Positions 1 through 12,169 of a DNA stretch of 64,000 nt are shown one piece after another. Below the pieces are notes generated by a model. That model ran no database searches. It was not told the origin of the DNA and saw only the letters and a program-made list of their open reading frames with translations. The translations under genes were made by a program, and so were the position numbers. The DNA lies in assembly GCA_023213395.1 (NCBI GenBank), contig CM041465.1:138763741-138827740 (forward strand). The letters run 5' to 3'. The DNA is from Cycas panzhihuaensis. Its lineage: Eukaryota; Plantae; Cycadophyta. Positions within the stretch are counted from its first letter, which is position 1. Each line of letters starts with the position of its first letter.

Positions 1-599
1 TGTCTGAAGTTTTTGACTTATGCTTTAGAAAGTAAACCCACACTTTATGTGAGAAATCATCAATGAATGACGAAATGGAGAAGATACAAGCACCAGAATC
101 TATTGAGGAGCTAGGTAGAACATCAAAATATGAAGGACTATAGACTTTGAATTGATGAAAAGATGTAGTACAACATAAAAGATAATAGGGAGGAGTATTG
201 CACTTCAACTCAACCTATCATAAACACAAGTATGAAGGAGAATTCATCTCAACACTTCACCTACAAGAGACACTTACAGTAGCATAACTCTAACTCCAAT
301 ACTACATACCAAAACATGAAAATAGGACTCCTTATAAAGGAGTTTGGACGATCACGATCTCACCACATGTCACTGATCAAGACTAAAAGACAAATCTGAT
401 TATGACTCTTCTATCCTCAAGGATAAGGATAGAGCCCAACAAAGTTGACTTCTCACAAGCACATGTGAGAAAGGTCACTACAAGACAAAAGACAATTTTA
501 TAATCAAACAAATGAACAGTTTAGGATAAAGGCCTAAAGTGACAAAAATACTAATACCTATGGTCAAGACTTAATGCTTAAGAAATGAAGGTTCTAACA
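1..599 (-). mobile_element. LTR (partial) of a minus-strand LTR retrotransposon inserted into copia X
   Basis: Ends in gttctaaca (minus strand TGTTAGAAC, a copia-type LTR start) at 599. Minus-strand TATA-like cctttataag near 330. Copia integrase-region DNA begins directly at 600. The other end is not identifiable. Confidence 0.5.
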
Positions 600-1657
600 A
601 TTTGCAACATTAATAATGAAATATGGCATTTCCAGTATAGACATATTGCAAGTAATAGGTTAAAAATGCTTAAAAGATTAAATATGGTTGATACATTATG
701 TTAAAGGTAATGTTTTATCTAAGAAATTTAATGTTCTAAGACACCTAGGACTTGTTCTCTTTATAATGTAATAATAAGGGTCATGCATCATTCCCTCTTT
801 TCTCTTCGGGTGACAATTGGAAGACATGCATTGAATGATTGCCCAAGTCCTATACTGATTCTAACATACTTATAGAGGGTTCACCCTCATTAATGATCAA
901 AACTTGAAATCTTCTTACATTGTATTAGAGCAGGGAGAAACTGTCTCGCTGGGAATTTATTCTGTTATCCAAATTCTGACAAGGTCATTAGGGTTCCTAA
1001 GACAAATCATAAAAAGTCGGTCTAGTGAATTAAATCTCTGACATAGATTTTTAACAATCAAATTGAAGGGCGAATCATTTCAAAGGTAAAGTAATGCCAA
1101 AAGACTGCTATACGGACTCTGTATTGATTGTACTAACAAAAAAATTCAAAGTGCTCAAATTGTATTTAAATTTCACCAATGAGATCGTAGTAGCAAGGCC
1201 ATCATTTCTCTCTAAAGGCACAATCACGTTTGAGGCTGTTTTGACAAGGTTTTGACCAATTTTCTAAAAGTACGGGTTTGTGGAGATTTCTACAAATTTC
1301 TTCAAATCGAATATATTTTTCTAAGTAATACCTATACCAAAATAATCTGCTCTTCATCATGAGTCTTTTAAGACCAGATTAGAAGCCTCTCTCAAAAGAT
1401 ATTTTTTCTCTGAAGCATTTTTCACTTTAAACTCTAGCTGCCAGTTAGGGTTTCTTTTCTGTTTTCTGAGCAAACCAAACACTTTATAAAAAAATAGTTG
1501 CAAGTCTAAGATCCTTGTATCAAGTATTTCATTTTTGACCCCTCTTTCTTGAATTCCATACACCTGCAAAAATCCATACTTTTCTGTACAACGTATGGCC
1601 ATATGGTCCTAAGAGCCAACTCCTCTGTTTCTTTTCTCTATGATAAATAAATAAAAC

Positions 1658-4600
1658 ATGACCTCCTCTATTATAACTCTTTCGGAAGCAGACAAATTGA
1701 CTGAAACCAATTTTAGCCTTTGAAAGATCAAAATCGAAGGACTCCTAAGAGCCAAACATGCCTGGAAAATTGTAACCAGAGAATAAAAAGAACCCACAGA
1801 CCTTGTAGATTTGTTGAAATAGGAAGAAAGAAATAATAATGTTGTAGCCATTCTTAAGCTCTCAATTTCAAATCCTCTTCTAACTTATGTTGACAACATT
1901 GAAAAGTCCTCTAAAATCTGGAAAATAATATCTTCAATGTTTAGTCAGAAAAATGAAGCTCGCATAATTGATTTTAGAGAAGAGTTGTACAAACTTAGGA
2001 TGAGAGAATGTTAGAGAATGTCAGCCAATTTCAAATTTCATTGCAAATTTGACCAATGTTAAAAATGGTCTTCTTACAGCAGGAGATAAAATAACTGACA
2101 CTGAACTTGTGCATCTCGTGCCGAATAAATTGCCTAAATCATATGACAACATGGTCAACATGCTAACCGGTGGAGGACACATAGCAACAATGACCCTTAA
2201 TGCTCTTACAGGACACATGTTCAATCAAGAGCAAAGAAACAAGAGGTATGAAGAAGCGTTTATCACCAAACTGAATTTGAAAGGCTAAGGATGAGCTCAG
2301 TACAATCTTCAAACACATGGCAGAACACCAACTAGTACTAGAGGCCATTGGGTAGAACAAAGAGGTAGAGCAAGGTCCAATCCTCCACAAGATTTAAGAG
2401 TCTGCTTCAATTGTGGGAAACTGGGTCATTTTTTAAGCAACTGTAGAGCCTTTGATGTCTATCATCACTGTGGACAAATTGAACACTACCCATACCAGTG
2501 CTACCAAAGACGTGCAGAAATTCATAGAGGGAAGCAAATCACAGGAAACTACAGTAAGGAGCAAGATGTGACAAAGGACAAGATTGAAACTATATTTGTA
2601 GTTGCCTTAACTACCAACAATGGAACAACAAAAGGCTGGTATGTCGATTCAGGGACCTCCAATCACCTGACTGAAGTAAAGGAACAGTTTGAAGTTCTAA
2701 AACCATATACTTTCAATAAATCAGTTGAACTAGGAGACAACTTTCCCCTTCACATAAAAGAAATCAAGATAATAGTTGGAAAATTGATGAAAATTTTTAA
2801 AAAATAAGCAATGTTCTCTTTGTACCCATAATGAAAAAAAAAAATCTCTTGTCAGTATCTCAATTGAGTGAAAAGAAGTTGAAGACCATATTTGATGAAA
2901 ATGGTCATTGCTTCATTTTAGATATGAAGAAAAACAACATTGTAATAGTTGAAGGAGTAAAATGCAACAGACTCTATAAGTTGCTCTCTAGTCCTATTTT
3001 GCCTGACAAAGGGCCTACCACACCTACATCTAATGTAAATTCACTAACTATAGCAAGTAATGTTGTTATTGAAGCTTGGCATTTGAAGTATGGACACATC
3101 TCACATGATAGATTAGAAAGATGAAAAAATTCAACAATGGTGAATGCATTAATAGACATCTCCTTTAACTCATTTGTATGGAAAAGTTGTATGCTGGAAA
3201 AACAAGATAGGACTCCTTTCACAAAAAAGCATGTGGCAAGCACAAAACAAGTCGGATCTAGTTCATATAGACCTCTGTGGTCCTATCACACCTAACACAA
3301 TAAATGGCGCACAATACTTTCTTTCATTTATATAAAAAAACATGGGTTTTTCTATTTAGCAAAACAAAAGTACTTGATTACTTCAAGGAATTCAAGGCAA
3401 AAGCAGAACTAGAAAGTAATCAAAAAATCAAATGTGTTCATTCTAATGGTAGGGGAGAGTATGTGTGCAAAGAATTTCTTCATTTCTATAAACTTCACGG
3501 GATTCGCAGGGAAGTTACTACTCCCTACACGCCACAGTCAAATGGTGTAGCAAAAAGAATGAATAGGATTGTTTTGGAAATAGCACGGTATCTGATACAT
3601 GACAGACAAATCACCAAAACATATTGGGCAGAAATAGTAAACACTAGTGTTTATTTGATCAGCAGAGTCCAACTCAAGTCTTGGATAAGGTGACACCTGA
3701 AGAAGCATGGACAGGCCAGAAACCAAACGTGAGTCATCTCAAAGTCTTTGGTTGTAAAACATATGTGCACATTCCAGACAAAAAGCGAACTAAACTGAAT
3801 AGCAAAAGCATAGAGTGTATAATGGTAGGGTACAACAATCGTTCAAAAGCATATAGATGCTTTGTTCCAAAAACCAACAAATTCTTTGTAAGTCGAGATA
3901 TAGTATTTGATGAAGGCCTAGATTGTAGCAAGACAATATGCCAAGAAATAAACACAACAACTGATAGTGTTGCAAAACTAAATACAATTCAATGAGATCA
4001 AGAATCAAAAATTACCACAGAAAATATTGATTCAAGAAATGAGTTCATTGAAGAAGGGCCATCTGACAGCAATTAGACGAATCATTCCACCACTGCAGAA
4101 GAAGAAGAACCAAGGCCAGTACAAGAGAAATTGAGTTCTAAGAAGATATCAAAATGGTATCTTAAGACTCTTGAAAAAGCAAAAGGAGAAGTATTTGAAC
4201 GTAGAACAAGGTCTCAAAGACCTCAAGTACTGATCTGTTTCATTAAGCCCAACACATTTGAAGAAGCAAACCAACATTCAATATGGAAAACAACAACAGA
4301 TGCTGAGATAGCAGTTATTTCCAAAAATGAAACCTGGGAATTGGTTGAACCCCCAAAAGACAAACCCATTGTAAATTGCAAGTGGGTATACAAAGAAAAA
4401 AGAAAGTAAAATGGTGAAGTTGAAAAGTACAAAGCAAGATTGGTGGAACAAGGATATACACAAACAACTAGAATAGATTACGAAAAGACATTCTCACCGG
4501 TGGTAAAATTAAACACTATGAGAATGATAATTGCAATAGTTGCCCAACAAGGATGGAAAATTTCCCAGCTAGATGTAAAAAGCTCCTTTTTAAATGGGGA

Positions 4601-4775
4601 TCTTCAAGAAGAACTTTACATGCATCAACTCGAAGGCTATATCAAATCTAGATAGGAGAAATTGGTCTACAAACTGAAGAAAGCATTATATCAGCTTAAG
4701 CAAGCACCAAGAGCTTGGTATGCAAAACTAGACAAATATCTCATCCAAAACAACTTTCACAAATGTGAGTCTGAG
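1658..4775 (+). pseudogene. Element A gag-protease-integrase-RT (5' part), disrupted
   Basis: Two CCHC knuckles at about 2400-2502, protease WYVDSGTSNH, integrase TPYTPQSNG, RT motifs QLDVKSSFLNG and LKQAPRAW. Many stops and frameshifts. Confidence 0.9.
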
Positions 4776-5305
4776 TGTAGTGAAAACTTTTATCTTATTT
4801 CAGAAATAACACAGGAATTCACATATACTGATCTAACACATGCTCATATAGGTCTTATTAAGTAAAGATGAGTATTAAAAATACACCTGAAACGCAAGAG
4901 TAAAGCAATGGAAATCGTACAAATAGAAAGCAAATATATCATCCAAAATAATACTGGAAAGTATGATATACAACAAAAAGTTTTGACTAGATGCTTATCC
5001 CTTCGAGGCCGGAATCCTCCACATATCTCAGACCAAGAGGCCGAGCCAACTACAGCGCTAGAGCCAAAATATGGAAGAGAGATCCAACCGAAAAATGATG
5101 CCCTAGAATGAGGGCTTTGATTCCTATTTATTATGGTCAACTTTTATCTCGCTTGAAGTCGACCAGAACCTAGGGTTTTGTGCCCAATCCCATGACATGG
5201 AAGTTGGCCAGAAGACAGCCTCATAGGTTGACCAATACTCACATTCTTGAGCTCAGCGCTGGGGTTTTAAGTCGGATGGCAGGCCCCTAAAGAGAGGGAT
5301 TTCTC

Positions 5306-6993
5306 AATTGTCTTGTTCGAATTTGCCTAGTGCGAGTATCCCCTCTGGTTCTAGTATAATCTTTTCTTCTTCATTGAGTTCTGGCAAGGATGTCTATGGT
5401 ACTATTTTGTCACTGATCTTTTTCTTCAGGCATGAAACATGAAAAGTGTCGTGGATCTTGCTTGTTGTCGGTGGCTTAAGTTTGTAGGCTACTTCCTCGG
5501 TTCTGTCAAGTACTTGATATTGTCCAAAATATCAAGGAGTGAGCTTTTGTGTATTCATCTTACTCAATGATGTCTGTTTGTATGGTTGCAATCGGAGGAA
5601 AACCCAGTCGTCCTTCTGGAAGCTCCTTTCGAACCGTTGTGCATCTGCTTGTTGCTTCATTCTGTTCCTTACCACTGCCAAATTATCCTTAAGAATTCTA
5701 ACCATGTCTTCCATCTACTTTTGGTGTTCTTAGACAGCTTGAACCTAGGACGATCTGTTCCATGTCAATAAAGATGATGGTTGGTATCCGTAAAGAGCTT
5801 GGAAAGGTGTCATCTTGGTGGAAGAGTGGTATGTTGTATTATACCACCACTCGACTAAGTGCAACCACCTGTGCCATTGGTTTTGTTTATCCGAGCAAAA
5901 ATTCCTCAAATAGTCTTTTAAACATTTGTTGACTATTTCTATTTGTCCATCCATTTGAGGATGATAAGCTATGCTCATGTGCAATTTCGTGCCTACAATT
6001 TTGAATAAGTCCTTCCAAAATTTGCTAATGAACTTTGGGTCCCTATCGCTTACAATAGTTTTAGGAAACCCGTGTAATCTATGGATTTCTTTCATATATA
6101 GTTCTACAACGTTGCTTGCCTTTATTGTTGACTATAGCCCTCGAAAATGACTATATTTTGTTAATCTATTGACCATGACAAAGATAGAATCTTTACCTTT
6201 TGATTTTGAGAGACCTACAATAAAATCGATTGAAATTTCTTCCCACTTTTGGTTGGGAATGGATAGGGGTTGTAGTAGATCAGGGGTCTTTACACATTCT
6301 ACCTTGTTTTGTTGACAAGCATCACATTCTATCACGAATTTTTAAATGTCTGATTTCAAGCCATTCCAAAAGTATGATGCTTTATCTTTCGATATGTCTT
6401 GTCTATACAACTGTGGCCTGCCTCTAGGACCGAATGTGCTTCTTGCAATATAATTTCTTTTAATTTGGAATTTTTGGGAATACAGATTTTGTCATTCCTA
6501 AGAATCCGATCGCCCTTTTGCTGGTACCTATCTGAATTGCTTCCCTTGATGTTATCTAAAAGTTTTTGGTATCTTGGATCTGCCATATATTTATTCAGTT
6601 ATGAGGGATTTTAACCATGAGGGTGTAATTGTTGAGATCAACTGCAATGAAGGACCTTCCTTTATTTCATCTGGGATTCGTTATAATGTGTCTACTATAA
6701 TATTCTTTTTGCCTTTCTTATATACTATCGTGAAGTCAAAATTCTGCAACTTACTAACCCATTTTTGTTGGTCATTGGGCAATGTCTTCTGTCTGAGGAA
6801 GTATTTCAGACTATCATGATTTGTGCGCACTTGAAATGAATTCCCCAATAGATATTGTCGCCATTGTTGGATGGCATGCATGATTGCGAGCATCTCCTTA
6901 TCACAAATTGGTTTGAGTTTTTCTCGGTTATTCAACTTCCAATTCTTATAAGCTACTGGTCATTCATCTTATAGAGTAAGACTGCCCCTAATA
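5306..6993 (-). pseudogene. Element B RNase H-integrase and start of chromodomain
   Basis: DKEMLAI, EISIDFIVGL, IVSDRDPKF, AYHPQMDGQ, WVFLRLQPYKQ, then ILEPEGIL..RTRQLRN. Confidence 0.88.
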
Positions 6994-9045
6994 TGTTAGA
7001 ACATAATGTTTTATCTAGGAATGTTCTCTTGAGGGTTATGTTAAAACCCCTCTTCATGTATTTCTAGACAAGTATCTGACACATGGCATTCATACTCATG
7101 TCGGTTACAATGTACAAATTGTATATATATATACTCAATCTTTCATAATAGATCATCAAACTTTCTGATAATAATCTTCTTATTTCTATATGGTATCAAA
7201 GCAAGCCTGCCTGGATGCCTGAAAAGAAGACCCAAAAGTTGCAGTTAAGGATTCTGAGTCAGAACGAAGCCAGAGAAGTTGGAGTAAGGATTCTGAGTCA
7301 AAACGAAGCTCGATCAATTTGAAACTCAAGGAGGACAAAGGACAGAGTCTTATCTTTTAGAAGAAGATTTAGTGTGCCGCAATTATTGCCTATACGGACT
7401 TGTACGGTCACGAAAATTTCAACCTTTCCAAATTTCAATGAAACTTAGTCTGTCAATACGGACAACACTTTTCTCTTATATTGTGAAATCATTTGAAACC
7501 ATTTTTGGGGTCTTTTACCCATTTTTCTAGCCATGCAGGATTTGGAGGAAAATCTTAGATTTCTTCTTAGATCTAACATAAATCTTGGTAAAATCTGTTC
7601 AAATACATTATGTCCATTAGTACTAAAGCTTTGAATCCACTTTTGTTACCTTTAATTGAAGATTCAAAGAGATTTAAAGAGTTTTTCATCAAAACCCTAG
7701 CAACCCCTTTAGTTTTTTTGGGCCTGTTTTCTCATAATCCAAAAGGAATTTTTAAAAAATAATTTCAAATTCATAATCCTCAATCAAAGATCTAACTTTT
7801 GAGATAACTCTTGTTCGATTCCATACACTTCGATTTCCATACGGAAATTCGTACAATCGTATGGACATACTCAGTTTTAGACCTCAGTTTTTTAATTTCT
7901 CTAATTTTTAAGATGGCTTCTACTGTATTGGCTCTGTCAGAACTGGACAAATTAACTACATCCAACTATCATGTTTGGAAAATCAAAATAGAGACTCTTT
8001 TGAGAGCCAAAATTCCCTGGAAAATAGCCATAGGCCTTGAAGAAAAAATAGACGAAGATGACTTAGACTTTCCCAGTTATGAAGAAAGGAATAACGCTAG
8101 CCTAATTACATTAAAGTTGTCTATATCAGATCCTCTTCTTGTTTATGTCGACAAACCGAATTCATCTTCCGAAATATGACAGTTGTTTGAAAACATGTAT
8201 GGACAAAAAAATAGAGCTCGAATCATAGCTCTGAAAAATGATTTGTTTAAATTACATATGAAGGAATCAGAAACAAATTCGATTTCTTCATAGTAATTTT
8301 GATTTGATGACTTGATGAATTTGTTGTGGGCCCCAAAAAGAAGAACAAGAAAATAAAATAGGTGGCAGCAAAGCTAGCAAGATCATGTGATGTGATAAAA
8401 TACGATCATCAATAATGCAATAATCATCAATCATATGAATATGACATTTGATTATAGGGAATTGCTTTTGAGACAGAACAAGAAAAGAGGTATGAAGAGA
8501 CCTCCAAGAAGATTGTCACATTGATGAAAAAACTTGACCTGACCGAGGTGATGGTGATCAATAGTGGAGGGGCTAAAAACAAAAACACAACACCGTATAG
8601 AGAGGGAGGAGGAGATACCGTGGAAGCAAGGGTATCATCATACAAGGCAAGAATTCAAAGTATGCTTCAAATGGAAGAGATAGAGACATTATTCCATTTG
8701 ACAGTAGAGCCTTTGACATACATTACCCATTGCGGCCAGTCTAGACATTATCATAATGTCCTAAGAGAGAAGAAGAAAATTAAAAAGAAGCAAAAGTCTG
8801 CAATCAACAAAGAAAAAAGAGATAATGACAATGAAATGTCATCAGATTCATTCTCAAAGCTGAGTTTGTTTGGTATATTGAGATGAGGATGTATATATGG
8901 ACTCCATGGGATGATATTGATAAAGGATTGAGAGGAGGACACATCTGTTTTACCTAGGGATAAACTTTCTCAAATAATCAAGGAATTAGGAACTCCAAAT
9001 ATCAATAAAAAGGAGGGATCAATTGAAAATAAAAATAAAAAAAAA

Positions 9046-9094
<49 letters not shown>

Positions 9095-12000
9095 CTGAAA
9101 AGAAAAACCTAAAAGAAATGTTTGACAATGTTTTGATGGAAAATTTCTTGTGATAAAAAAAAAATAAAAAAAAATTAGTTACTTTAAAAAAGAAGATCTC
9201 TATAATCATCATCTCTATAAAGGTAATATTCCTATAATTTATATCAATAAATAATTTTCATAATAAATAATTTTTCTATTAATGCAATGCGCTACATAAA
9301 AATTTAAATAATCTCTCATGTGAAAAAATGAATAGTTGGTGGTCTTCTTATGTAAATTGTTTAGCTGTAGAAATTTGTATTCATGTAAAAAGTAAAAGTG
9401 ATCATTTAAGGTAAAACATCATTTTAGTGGGAAAAACAAGTTTGGGGTGGTCTCCTCTATCAATGGTGCTAGGTTTTTTTTAACCTTCATTGATGATTTC
9501 TCTAGGAAAACTTGGATTTATTTTCTCCTTTGTAAATTTGAAGTCTTCAAGAAATTTAAAAACTTTAAAGCAAAAGCCGAATTGGAGTTTAGAGCAAAGA
9601 GAAAATGCATTAGATCAGATGGTGGAGGTGAATACATCTCGAAAGACTTCTTAAACATTTGCAAAGCTCAAGGGATTCGAAGACAACTTATAACTTCATA
9701 TACACCTCAGCCCAATGGGGTTGCGGAGCAAATGAACAGAATGATCATGGAAATGGCTCAATGCATGTTTGAAGAAAGTCAGATTACAAAGATCTATTGG
9801 GCTGAAGTAGTCAAAACAGTCGAATATCTCATAAATAGAAGTCCTACAAAGGTTCTGGATCAAATCACTCCAAAGGAAGCATGGACTGGAGTCAAACCGA
9901 ATGTAAGTAATCTAAAAATCTTTGGATGCAAAGCCTTTGTTCATATTCTAGATAAAACGAGATCAAATCTAGATTCAAAAAGCATAGAATGTATAATGGT
10001 GGGCTATAGTATAAACTCAAAGGCCTACAAATGCATAGACCCTAAAACAAATAAGGTCTGTATAAGTAAAGACGCTGAATTCAATGAGCTTGATCTCATA
10101 AAAGACACATTAATGCAACAGCTGATTGATGAGACTCCTAAAAAACAATTTCAATCTCCTATTGAAAATTTTTTTGAAATCACATCAGAAGACATAAAGA
10201 CAAAAAACTCAAAGAGGGCATCTCAGGAAGTATCTACTAATAAAGAGGTAGAATCACCTTTTATTGAGACAAGCATAGGCAATGAAGAAGAAGAAGGTAA
10301 GAAAGGAAAAAGGGTACCAAGATGGTATCTCAAAACCATTGAAGAAAGCAAAGAAGAGGTATATGACCACAAAACAAGATGCCAAAAGCATCATGCTCTT
10401 TTCACAAATGTGGAGCCGCAATCATTCAAAGAGACTATAAAGGACACCAAGAATGGGAAGCTGCAATGAATGAAAAAATGGAGTCAATTTCCAGAAATCA
10501 AACTTGGGAAATAATAAATCTACCCCCAGGAAAACCAGTGGTAAATTGTAAATGGGTGTTCAAAGTCAAAGAAAATGTCAGTGGAGGAATAAGTTAATAC
10601 AAGACAAGACTAGTTGCCAAAGGATACACCCAGACTCCAAGGATAGATTACGAAGAGACCCTTTCTCCAGTGGCCAAACTAGACACTGTAAGAATAGTAA
10701 TAGAACTTGCAGCTCAAAACAACTGGAAGATTTACCATTTGGATGTAAATAGTGCTTTCTTAAACGATGATCTTGAGGAAGAAGTTTATATGAAACAACC
10801 TGAGGGCTTTATTCAACCTAGAAAAGAAAATTTAGTGTGCAAATTAAAAAAGGCATTGTATGGATTTAAACAAGCTCCAAGAGCCTGGTACAGTAAATTG
10901 GATAAATATCTAATTCAGAATGGTTTTACCATATGCAATTTAGATTCTAGCTTGTATACCAAAAGAAGACAAGGATTGATAATAGTTATCATTGTTTATG
11001 TGGATGATATGATCCTCACTAGAAGTGATACTGAATCAATAGAAAATATAAGGTTGTAATTAAAAAGAAGCTTTGAGATGACTGACTTAGGGCTACTAAA
11101 CTACTATCTGGGGATAGAAGTAAGATAGGAAAAAGACTCAATCTCCTTGTCCCAGAGCAAATACTTCAAGAATCAATTATTTTAATTTAGAATGGAAGAG
11201 AGTAACACTTGTATCACACCTATGGAAGTAGGGTGTGATCTTACTCCAGATAAAGATGAACCTGTTGTTGATGAAACTCTCTACAAGCAATTAATAAGTG
11301 GTCTAATATATCTCACAGCAACTAGACCTAGCATTTCATATTCAGTGAGTCTAGTTTCAAGTTATATACAGGATCCCAGGATAAGGCACTGAAAAGTAGC
11401 AAAAGGGATTCTTAGATATTTAAAGGGAACTTCTAATCTAAAACTCATGTATCCAAAACTAAAATTAGATAAACTAATTGGATAATGTGACTCTAACTGG
11501 GCTAGAGACAAAGAAAACCGGAAATCAACAAGTGAATATTGCTTCTTCCTTGGGTCAACAGCAATCTCTTGGAGTAGCAAAAGACAAGCTACAATCGCCC
11601 TTTCATCCACAGAGGCAGAATATAAATCAGAAGTTAGAAGCGTTTTGACTCAAACAACTGCTATCAGATCTAGACCAGCAACAAAAGCAATCAACAACAC
11701 TCTTCTGCGACAATCAAAGCACCATCAATTTAACAAAGAATCCAGTTTTGCATACTCAAACTAAACATATTGAAGTCCATCATCACTTCATAAGAGAAAA
11801 AGTTCAGAATAAAGAGATTGACTTAATATACTGTTCATCACATGAACAAATTGCAAATATATTAACAAAACCTCTTCGCAAAGACAAGTTCATAGCTCTT
11901 AAAGACAAATTAGGATTAAAAGCTGAAACATTAAGAGAGGATGTTAGAACATAATGTTTCATCATTAAGAGAGGGTGTTAGAACATAATGTTTCATCTAG

Positions 12001-12169
12001 GAATGTTCTCTTGAGGGTTATGTTAAAACACCTCATGTATTTCTAAACAAGTGTCTGACACCTAGCATTCATACTCATGTTAGTTACAATGTACAAATTG
12101 TATATATATGTACTCAATCTCTCATAATAGATCATCAGACTTTTTGATAATAATCTTCTTGTTTCTACA
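6994..12169 (+). mobile_element. Ty1/copia element C (same family as F), nested in the RNase H of B
   Basis: LTRs 6994-7190 and 11976-12169. PBS tggtatcaaagc 7191-7202. PPT before 11976. Removing C restores DASGIGIGAV in B. TSD is degenerate (taata / tattc). Confidence 0.92.
7913..11933 (+). pseudogene. Element C gag-pol, disrupted
   Basis: gag MASTVLALSELDKLTTSNYHVWK, integrase ORF 9447-10469, RT YVDDMIL, RNase H KHIEVHHHFIRE. Confidence 0.9.

Noticed and set aside
4844-5140. Near-identical small ORF pairs at 4.8-5.1 kb and 14.9-15.2 kb
   Set aside because: They lie inside the two LTRs of B; the duplication is explained by LTR identity and there is no protein motif.
8970-9212. Poly-Phe ORF, or poly(A) as a retrocopy tail
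   Set aside because: The A-run replaces colinear copia coding sequence and has no TSD; probably a sequence-quality artefact.
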